A stretch of 63,824 bases of DNA, filler included, from Phoronis australis (taxonomy: Eukaryota; Animalia; Phoronida), in the NCBI GenBank assembly GCA_002633005.1. It is 13 parts of 13 records of this genome, joined end to end, with 100 filler letters (N's around TTAATTAATTAA, not from the genome) between each part and the next. Parts side by side here need not be neighbours in the genome. Positions count along the whole stretch, not along the records: positions 23,411 to 37,872 come from NMRA01001554.1; 12 more parts are not named here. One strand, given 5' to 3'. Each line of letters starts with the position of its first letter. The stretch's first letter is position 1. A program made the position numbers and the translations under genes. Positions 25,291 to 35,365 of this stretch are shown here, in pieces. The notes below the pieces were generated by a model. That model had not been told where the DNA came from. It worked only from the letters and a program-made list of their open reading frames with translations, and searched no databases.

Positions 25291-27818
25291 TCCACAAACG
25301 CAAAGCAAAAGGTGTGCTTTTAGGGTTATTAATTTGTATCATAAAATGGCCACTCGATGGCACAAAAACGCACAATCAATCCAAAAACGGGAAATTGCCA
25401 TATTTCATAAAAATCTGTCAAGGAACTTCAGAGAAACATTGGAAAACAAAATGAAATGAATATGCCACTTGTGGACACAGAGTCAGTTGGATCCGTTTGA
25501 AATTCGTAATCGTCGTCTGTTGTTGTCTCCATGTATTAACGCACTTACTAAATTTAATAAAAATCCTGCAGTGGGTTTAGGAGATACAGCTATGAGCGCA
25601 AAACAAAACAAAACTACCACTAGGAGGCGCCGCAGTATTTAGTTGCCATCATTAAACGTCCTCTTCAGACTGAGAACATAATACGACAATTTTCAAAACC
25701 ATCCTTAAAATGATTTGGTTGATAGGGGGATGGACACCAAAACCACGATCTGAAAACAGCAAAAAAGACCACTAGGTGGCGCAAAATATCTCGATTCTAT
25801 CTAAAAACAAAAGGATAGCGTCATCTTACCAATACATGCCGATATTCAAAATTAATGAAAATCTGTTGAGGACCTTCCAAGATACATTGGTAAACGTAAA
25901 ATAACTAAAATTGCCACTCAGTAGGGGGCATACCAGTAGTCAGGTCTGTCCCAAATTCGTCGTCGTCTGTTGTCAACATCATTTAAATACACTTGCTAAA
26001 TTAAGTAAACGCTTTAGGAGATACAGCCATGAGTGCAAAAATGCCACTAGGAGGCGACACAGTAGTCGAAGTCGTTGAAAAATCATCGCCAGCCGCCGTC
26101 CACTTCATCATAAAAACAAACATGCCAATTTTCACAACTATTCTGAAAGTGGTTTGGTTGATAGACGAGTGGACGTCAAAAAAACAGACTTGAAAACAGT
26201 ATAAATGACCACTAGGTGGGGCAAACTAGGTCGAATCCATCTGAAAATGGAAGGGTAGCGTCACCTCATTAACAGACTCCTGTATGCCAAATTTTATGAA
26301 AAAATACATTGAGGACCTCTGAAGATGCAGAGGTAAACGTAAAAATAAACTTGTCACTAGGTGGCACACCAGTAGTCAGATCTGTCCGAAAGTCATCGTC
26401 CTTCGTTGTTAACATCATATAAATACACATACTAAATTTAGTAAGGATCCTGCGAACTGTTCAGGAGATACTGCACAGACACAAAACAAATAAAAATGCC
26501 CCTAGGAGGCGCCACAGAAAATCATCGTCAGCCCGGCGTTCACCTCATAGTTAGAACATACATGCCAATTTTCACAATCATTCTTTGAGCGGTTTTGTTG
26601 ATAGAGGATTGGACGCAAAAAACAGTTTCGAAATCAGTAGAACGGGTCACTAAGTGTTGCAAACTACGTCGAACTCTTCCGAAAACAGGAGGATAGCGTC
26701 ATCTCACTAATAGGTGCCTATATACCAAATTTTATGAAAATCTGTTGAGAACAAACAAAGATACAGAGGTAAACGTAAAATTGCCACTAGGGGGCACATT
26801 AGTAGTCAGATCCGTCCGAAAGTCGTTGTCGTCCCTTCAACTTCATGTAAACTGCAAACGGCTTAGGAGATGCAGCCATGAGTGCAAAAATGCCACTAGG
26901 AGGCGCCACAGTGGTCGAATTAGTTGGAAAATCCCTGTCAGCCGCCGTCCATTTCTTAGTAAAAACATACATGTCAATTTTCACAATTATTCTGAATGCG
27001 GTTTGGTTGATATACCAGTGGACGTCAAAAAAAATCAAAACAGGAAAAATGGCCGCTAGGTGGCGCATACTAGGTCGAATCCATCTAAAAACGGAGCGGT
27101 AGCGTCACTTCATTAACAGATGCCTGTAAGCCAAACTTCATGAAAATATATTAAGGACCTTTGAAAATACAGAGGTAAACGTTAAAAATAAACTTGCCAC
27201 TAGGTGGCACACCAGTTGTCAGATCTGTCCGCAAGTCGTCGTACTCCGTTGATAACATCATACAAATATACTTACTAAACTTAGTAGAGATCCTGCCAAC
27301 GGTTTAGGAGATACAGCCACTGGCACAAAACAAACAAAACTGCCACTAGGAGACGCCACAGTAGTTAAATTGTCGGAAAACCATCGTCAGCCGTCCACCT
27401 CATAGTTAGAACATACATTCCAATTTTCACAATCATCATTTGAGCTGTTTGGTTGATAACAGTAAAAATGGCCACAAGGTGACGCAAACTTCGTCGAACT
27501 CTTTCGAAAGTGGGAGGATAGCGTCATCTCACTAATAGTTGCCTATATACCAAATTTTATGAAAATCCGTTGAGGACTTTTGATGATACAGAGGTAAACA
27601 TTAAAAAAATAAAATTGCCACTAGGGGGCACACCTGTATTCGGATCCGTACAAAAGTTAGCCCATGCCGTTCATTCACGGAAGGAACACATGACAGTGCA
27701 AAATTTCATGCATATACCTCAAGGCGTTTTAGAGATAGAACAGCGGGCGCCGGACGGACGGACCGACGGACGGACCGACGGACGGACAGACGGAGATGAC
27801 GGCCTAATACGCATAAAA
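25291..27818 (-). mobile_element. HINE/DINE-1-like element, long copy with expanded central array and damaged termini
   Basis: Reverse complement of 12966-14590. (GGAC)n microsatellite at 27751-27792; 17 CCACTAG-type motifs between 25350 and 27631; 5' stem-loop internally deleted; 3' hairpin absent. Confidence 0.88.
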
Positions 27819-28252
27819 AAGTGTTGCCAGTATACCGAGCAGACGATCGACTACAATCTGGATATTCTATACTTTGATTTCACAAATCTGCAACAGTGGG
27901 AGTTACAAATCATTTGCACTCACCACATCGTGGAACAGGAAGGAAATCCCAACATATCTATTCTAGGAAGTAGTCTCTCGTTCAGTAACGCTAAGATATC
28001 GCTAAAAAGCAAGACTTCGGGAGATTACGTGAGATATTGCCGTGTATGTTAATGAGAACACGTGACTTTAGCTAGATTTTAGCTAAGTCCTAGCGTAGGT
28101 CCTAGTGTTACTGAACGCACGCCAGGTTTTCACAGCTCAAAAAGTGAATGGTTCTGTTTCCGTCTCTGTGGAGCAATACAGGATGCGTTTTTGCCACGAG
28201 GTATAGCGAAATATACGTACTTGTGCGCGCACGAGTCCGCCATGTACATGTA

Positions 28253-28338
28253 TTACAACACGTAAGGCATGTTTCGGTGATTGAAGAATAGCTTCTTCCT
28301 GAGATTCAACGCCTCTTCCAGATAACCCAGCGCTTCAT
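28253..28338 (-). CDS. Possible TPR-like exon or pseudo-exon
   Basis: Acceptor ctgttctgtttctag, then (D)EALGYLEEALNLRKKLFFNHRNMPYVL*, resembling KLC/NPHP3-type TPR repeats. No partner exon or strong donor found. Confidence 0.4.
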
Positions 28339-29350
28339 CTAGAAACAGAACAGTTTTCACATACAGAAGAACGTGCCAACACATTCTGTATACGCCGGTA
28401 TCAGGCACACCGTAAGTAGAACTTGTGTTGGGGTCCATTACAAAACGGTTGGCGATAACCTACATGTATATAAAACTACACCGAGTCTAAACCTCCGCAT
28501 CTACATGTACATGTTCAAGACAAAACGAACTACGCACAATATGTACTTTGGACGTGAGCGCTGGGCCTAGCATAAACAGTTTAGAGTACTTCATTAGCTT
28601 CGTTAGTTCATCAGACATTCCCTCATTTTTTGTCAACAATGCAATAATCCCAAATGTGTCTGAGATCCAAGTTCCCTAGAATCGCCGTTTAACTTGATTG
28701 TAAACTACTTTTATCATTGCCAAGACACAGAAAATGAGAAGCTAGCTCTCTCAAATTGAAAAAGGACACACAAAAACGTTCAGTATTACTTCGCATCCAC
28801 ATGTTCAAGAGAAGCGAACTAGATATACAATGAACTCCGTCACTACGGAAGTGGGCGAATGTGCCAAAATACATCCATAAACAGTTTACCGTGCTTTATG
28901 TGCTTCGTGACAATCCCTTATTTTTCCTCAATATTGCCAGATTTCCAAATGTTTCTGACTTCCAAGTTCCTGTGAATATCGGTTTGACTTGAATGTTAAC
29001 TGATGTTATCGCTGCTAAAACACAGAAAATTGAGAATTAAGTTAGCCCTAAAGATTTTAACAGTACGTTCTTCCATTTTATGGCGGTGGGCCAGTTTGTT
29101 CCACCCGGTCTATCCAGCTGATAAACTGACAAGGCGTCCACGTGCTGGTAATTAACCTTTGACCTTTTTACTGATAGCGAAAATCGATGCGTGCGTATCC
29201 CATTTTGACTGCGGGAAATATCCCTAGAATTACATGTAAGTGATCTGCAGACGGTGTGCTATCTCAATATCCTGGCGGTGTTTTCATTGAACCATAATCC
29301 TGGGTGTGTATGAGATCGTATGCTATCCGTAAAAACGTCAAGTAAACCAG

Positions 29351-30699
29351 GGCCCGGTCTCCAATCTCCGTACTCAGACTCATACTCATACTCGAGATTT
29401 CATACTCAAAATCGTGCTCACTGGAGTCGTACTCAAAAAAGCGTATCTAATGTCGGATTTCGAGTAGACTCCAAACGTACTCAAATCTGACACTCATACT
29501 CCGAGTTGCTATGGAACTCTTTATGATGTGAAATGCAAAATCACGCAAAGCCGCGCTGATTCATCGCTCCCTATTGGAATAGACCACCCCAAGAACTAGG
29601 CCTACATTATCGTCTGCTGTCGCTACAACTACAAGAGTATGTCTATAACGTGGAATTTTGAGTGTTCTGTAACTGTTATTGATTTTTTAGTTTCAATAAA
29701 TATTCTTATGCCATTTCTTTGATACACTTGGCAATTATTAAGCTTTACTTCTTGAGTTCCTCACCCAGTCCCGAAAATGTCTTAAGAAATATGTAACAGC
29801 TTATCACATCACATCTCTGTTGCTAATTTAGTCTTGACATAAAACCCATTGCTGTGTAGGCCTAAGCTGATGTCAAACTTTGATACTGTATCTTTGTATT
29901 TTACTGGGATGTATCAAGTGAGTTGACATTTGGCACGTGAGTTAAAAAACAATACTTGTGCAGGCATTCAGAGTTCACCAGTGGCAGTGAACGGGACGAG
30001 ACGTCTACTTAGAAATCGGCAAACAAAATCTGGAATTCCGTTTGTGTATTGAGGAATTATAGATGACTAAGTTATGATGATAAATGTACCTCGTCTTTTG
30101 GAAACCCTACAAAACGTAGGCACACATACCGAAATAAGGGCAGCACAAACTTCTCACACGACTTTTCCCACAACTGCTTTCGACGCTTGTTATGACTCGC
30201 CGACAAGGGATTACAATGCGCCTGTTGCCAGGAATTGTAGAGGTAGAATGGCGGCCATAACATACAGTGATACGGCGGGTTAATAAGGTGAAGAATAAGA
30301 AGATTTAAGATGAAAACTATTATCTCTGAACTGAAATTGAAGTGCTGAGATACGGTAAGAGGACTTATTTTTTTAGATTTGCTGCGTTTCTTGGTTCCCT
30401 TTCAATATTTTGTTCTCTGGCTCGTATTTATTTTCGAGTACGATTTCAAGCACACTGCCATACCAAACTTGAAATTAGAGCATAGACTCCGAATTTTTAC
30501 TCAAAATCGTACTCGAAATATGGATGAGATACACTTCAGTTCGAGTACACTCGAAAACTGAGTACGTGCTCGAAATTTCGAGTACAGATTTTTCGAGTAT
30601 GACATTGAATACACCAAAGCTGAGTCTGTACTCGAGTTGAGTATGAAGTGTGAGTTTGAGCATGATTCGAGTCTGAGTACGGAGATTGGAGACCGGGCC
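29351..30699 (-). mobile_element. Non-autonomous PIF/Harbinger-type element, copy 2, with intact CAG target-site duplication
   Basis: CAG (29348-29350) | GGCCCGGTCTCCAATC...GATTGGAGACCGGGCC | CAG (30700-30702). Near-identical to the reverse complement of 20859-22232 apart from small indels. Confidence 0.9.
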
Positions 30700-30986
30700 C
30701 AGGGNNNNNNNNNNNNNNNNNNNNNNNNNNNNNNNNNNNNNNNNNNNNNNNNNNNNNNNNNNNNNNNNNNNNNNNNNNNNNNNNNNNNNNNNNNNNNNNN
30801 NNNNNNNNNNNNNNNNNNNNNNNNNNNNNNNNNNNNNNNNNNNNNNNNNNNNNNNNNNNNNNNNNNNNNNNNNNNNNNNNNNNNNNNNNNNNNNNNNNNN
30901 NNNNNNNNNNNNNNNNNNNNNNNNNNNNNNNNNNNNNNNNNNNNNNNNNNNNNNNNNNNNNNNNNNNNNNNNNNNNNNNNNNNNNN

Positions 30987-31351
30987 GAAACTATTTTTGG
31001 CAATTTTTCTGCTCCTTTTGTGCGAACTTAAGATAATTGGTTATCAGACTGTGCTCGAATACATTATAGTTTATGCATAGGAGTTTCTAGTTCAAGTTTG
31101 CCCTTGAAGACCCTTATATTCGTGCTACAAACTCGAGTAAGAACTTGAAATTTCGAGTTCAAACTCGAACTTATTGCTTTAATATTGGGTTTACAAATTG
31201 TGAACTAAGGGCAATAAATCATCTACGTAAGTTATTGTGTACTCGAGCATAGAAAAATAGACACTTATTTTGAGTTCGCCCAAAAGTAGAGTAGAAAATT
31301 CCAAACCTAATTTCGAGTTCCATTTCGAGTAAAAAGATTGGAGACCGGGCC
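30987..31351. mobile_element. Terminus of a related Harbinger-type subfamily
   Basis: Ends AGATTGGAGACCGGGCC|CAG with the same outer TIR and CTCGA/TCGAG-rich subterminal sequence, but a different interior. The other end is in or beyond the N gap. Confidence 0.75.
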
Positions 31352-32676
31352 CAGGACCACGTGATGTAAATATGAATGAGCTCAGGGGCGCGCTCAACAA
31401 CATCGGTAATTCACAAGTCAAGGTAACTAAAATAAAGAAAAACCGCTTTGTCCGGTGAACATAAGTAGCGTTATCTGAGATTTACTTCACAGCATGGAAA
31501 CCATTCGAAGGCGAGCCTGGTATGAAAGCTATCACCAAAAATAAGCCATAAAAACGCTACGATTTTCAGGCGTTTAATATGAAACCCCTTTGACTTCTTA
31601 CTCGCTCCGCTAGGTCCGTGATAGCGCAGAACCTGATAGGCCACGATAACAAGGGCTCTCGCCACGCCATTGTGAGGCTCCTTGTGGTGCTGTCGCCGAA
31701 CGAGAAGTGAAGCCTTAGAATAATCCAGTCCTTTCTTACACTTTCTCCCTAAACAGAAAATAGATTCGTCGATTATACATTCAAAAGAGAGCGTTTAAAG
31801 TGCCACTCCCCCAGACACACGGTAATCAGGGTGGTCTATCGAAACGGGTATCCCGAATTCAAAAACAGACTTCTGCACCTTCAAAACAGTTCACTAGCCC
31901 AAAAAACACGTACCCTGACTTTTAAACCAGGAATCCCAGGGATCAGACAGGAAACACGGACAATTTTTTTTAATTTTCTGAGTCTCAAATTATGAGTCTA
32001 AACGTCTTTTCTGCATCTGCTCGTTGAAAATTGTCGATAATAATACCTAACTTATATTACATTAACTTTGTTAAGTGATTTTAATCAGTAAAACTCGTGC
32101 AACTTGTCTGTGGGCGAAGTTCAACACAATCTAAAGTGTCAACACGTTGTTGTATCGGGGAATATTTGAGCAATTTCAGATTATTCACTTGTTTCTCCAA
32201 AAATCTTTTCAAAAAGAAAAAACAAAAACATTATTTCGACTTTCGAGTGCCATAGTTGATGAATTCCTTTAAATATATTTACAGTTGGCCGAATTTTAGG
32301 GTTCGTCAACTTACTTGTCGAGAGCATATTATTTCTGGCACAATCAATTTCCGGATTTTGAAATGAATGGCGCGCATTATTCACTCAAAATGGCTGCACT
32401 GTCACCAATTTCACCGTTGGTCCACCAAAAAAAGTGTACATCAACTCCTCATCGGTCATTAAACAGAATTCGGAATAGGTATTTCTGAAATCAACACATT
32501 GTCATTCACTTTTCGGCGGATCACTGTTGCAAACTTTGTTCTGAAATTCGGTTTGCAGGTATAAAATATCAAAATCTTGAAAAGAAACGAAACCAATTCC
32601 GCAAATGTGTATGCAACCTCGTGGAAGGATAGTTGACTGAAGAATTGGGGAAAAAAGAAGTTGCCCTATACAAGGT

Positions 32677-34260
32677 AGACCTAATTCACGCCGACAGGAA
32701 GCGCATTCCAAAACGAGGCTCGCTACGATATAAGCTCTGTTGGTCTATCTAATCGGCCTACTGGTTGTATTCCGCGTAGTTGCTCGAACGCGGGCTAGAA
32801 AAAATACGGACACTCAATTGTCCGTTTCACAATCCCTGAGGACGTTGAGAATCAGAAACGTTGGGTCGTTGCCATACGCTGTGACAAAGAAAAATGTATC
32901 CCTGTAAAAATTAATGTTTTCGAAAAGTTAAATCATAGTTTGTCGCATCTCGATTGCCGAGCCTCATAGCAACGGTCGGAGAATCTACGGCCAGCCAGGC
33001 TGTGTTTTCATGACTACAGCTTGAAAGATCATACTTTTTTCTTTCCAAAAAGGACAATGCCCTCAATCCCTCGATTCTGTGGCCGAATATCGGCCCTACT
33101 CTCCTCTCAAAAAATTGAAAAATCCCCCGAAATCTCCACCCCCACGAGGCCTAAAAAGTCCCCTAGTGAAAAGTTCTCTCCGAACTTCGGGTTTGAACAG
33201 TTGACAATTTGAAAGAGCACAAAATGCTACTTGAAACAGAGCCTAAGAGACCTTGCAACAGGGCGGGGGTGCTAATGATGATAATTGGAAGGTAGATATT
33301 TCTCACCCTCAGTCTGCGAAAAAGTTCCCTCTCAGAGGGAACGGGAACCTTTAACCTCGGATGAACGAGGCCCCTGAAGAAACATGATAACTACCGTTAC
33401 GCAGCCCAGTTAACTGAAATTGAGCTCTAAAACGAAGTTATGCTTTGGACGAGCGAATTAGATGTTTTAATTTTGAAATTCAACTTGTCCAGATTGATAT
33501 TTGAAACCTAACACACGAAATAGAGGTAAGAATTATTAAAACCAAGAATGCAGAATTGATGGTCAAATAATTACTTGTGAATGTGTGAGATTTCTGGGGC
33601 TTTGCTCGTTTTTAATTTTTTTTTTTTTTTAAATTTAAAAAATGGTCAAATAATTTTTATTTTCAATTACGAGCCTGGTTTTCATTTAAGTAAAAAATAT
33701 ATTTAATAACATCAGTTATTCTTTCAGATCAATGGCAAATCAATTCTTAGTACCGGTAGTCCCTACTTCACCGGGACCTACGCTATATGCTTGATCTAGT
33801 GTTCTTGATCAACAAATTAAACCAGATGTGACTAATTGCACATATGACAGCAAAATGCGATGAGCCACCACTGCCGAATATATCTTCAACTCGTCAAAAA
33901 ATACAAGCAGTTGATTTGGTTCGTGTAGAACGCATTTTTATCAATAATTTACAAGACGAAACTTAATCCTGCAGTCAGCATAATGCCTAATCCGTAACAC
34001 ACGATCGCTGCAGTTTGATCATATTTACTTTTCATGTTTCAAACCTAGTATTCCGAAAAAAATCTTATACCCTTTCGTCAGACAACTCTTTGGTACATTG
34101 ACTTGTTCTCTAGTGTATTTGTCTACGTCTATGTGGTTAATTGTCGACACATTTTTAAGATTTAATATCCAGGTTCGACTCGAAAGACCGGCAGTTTAAC
34201 TCACGCTTATCGCAGTGAGCCTTGCTTTGGATTTTAATGACCGCCGCGTGAATTAGGTCT
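32677..34260 (+). mobile_element. Non-autonomous TIR element with a degenerate THAP domain (ISL2EU-like)
   Basis: TIR AGACCTAATTCACGC at both ends, extending imperfectly to about 55 bp (CCAAA-CGAGGCTCGCTACGATA vs CCAAAGCAAGGCTCACTGCGATA). Flanks are GT and AT. 32757-32888 reads PTGCIPRSCSNAG*KKYGHSIVRFTIPEDVENQKRWVVAIRCDK. Confidence 0.65.
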
Positions 34261-34305
34261 ATAATTGACGCAATATTTCTCGACGCCGGAAACCCGACTC
34301 TATGG

Positions 34306-34469
34306 TGGGCCGTTGAGGGGAAAGTGTCGCCGTAAAATTACGCTCGTAATTACGAGCGTAATTTAAATTGCAGGAATGTCGCCGTAAAATTACGCTCNGC
34401 GTAAATAACGGCGTAATGTACATAATTACGCTCGTATTTTTACGGCGACACTTTCCCCCCAACGGCCCA
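34306..34469. mobile_element. Small fold-back MITE
   Basis: TIR TGGGCCGTTG(A/G)GGGGAAAGTGTCGCCGTAAAA; interior built of AATTACGCTCGT repeats. A single n at 34398 suggests the interior is collapsed. Confidence 0.75.
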
Positions 34470-35142
34470 TGATACGACTCGAAAGAATGCACCACAAATT
34501 TAACAGCAGAATAACGTAGAACGCCAGTCCGTCATTATAAGTTGTCCAAAATTTTCATATAATAGTAAAACAATATACCATATCAACTATTTAAAGTAGG
34601 AAGATTCAAACAACGTATGGAAAAACATGCGGAAGTGGTGTTTCATTCCCGGGATGTCGTTACCGATCTCAGGGGTTCCTGTTTTAAAGGTAGGGGTTCG
34701 TGTTTTTTTCGGGTTGGTTAGCTGTTTTACAGGTGCTTGAGTCTGTTTTCGACTCCCGTATATCTGTTCTCAAGGGTTTCCTGTTTCGATGGAACACCCT
34801 GGCACTGAAGGCGTAAAATAACTCACTTTGACATCGACAGTAGCCAAAGCCTGGTGCAATAATTGAGACCTCAAAGCACGTTCTGGCGTTCTCTTCTTCC
34901 AAAGCAACGTCGCCACGTCTGTACCCTTTGTTTGAACAAAGGAGCTTACAAAAAATCCTCACGAATTCACCTGACGCTTACACTGCTTCCGCACCAGACA
35001 CTAACCCGCCGTGACAAACAAACGTTACGAGCCTTGTTTGAGCCCATAACGACCGGACAGTTCTTCAAAAGCCAAGAAAGGATAAAGATGGAACTACTTG
35101 TCCGCAAAAGGAGCCCGTTACCCCCAGAGACAGTCTAACTTG

Positions 35143-35365
35143 CGGGGTGACCCAAAAAATCCGAACCTACAAAATAATTATGGTATTTTACATTCCATTT
35201 ATTTTGGAAAGAACCAAAAATATATTCAAACTGACTCGCGTAATGCTTGATAGATTTTGTGTACACAGATCCTCCATGTCCTGAAGTTTCCCTTTCAATT
35301 TTGAAGCCATAACTGGACTGTAGGAGTAAACTATTCTTTTAAGATTTTTATTTTGAATCACCCAG
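35143..35365. mobile_element. Degenerate Tc1/mariner-type MITE
   Basis: Ends CGGGGTGACCCAAAA / TTTTGAATCACCCAG|TA. The left flank is TG rather than TA. Confidence 0.5.

Noticed and set aside
25291-27818. CRISPR-like array of regularly spaced palindromic motifs
   Set aside because: The sequences between motifs are homologous to one another rather than unique spacers, there are no cas genes, and the context is eukaryotic.
26745-28052. ORFs with recurring KLPLGG and DGRTDG peptides (also 13299 and 13733)
   Set aside because: They are translations of the HINE central repeats and microsatellite.
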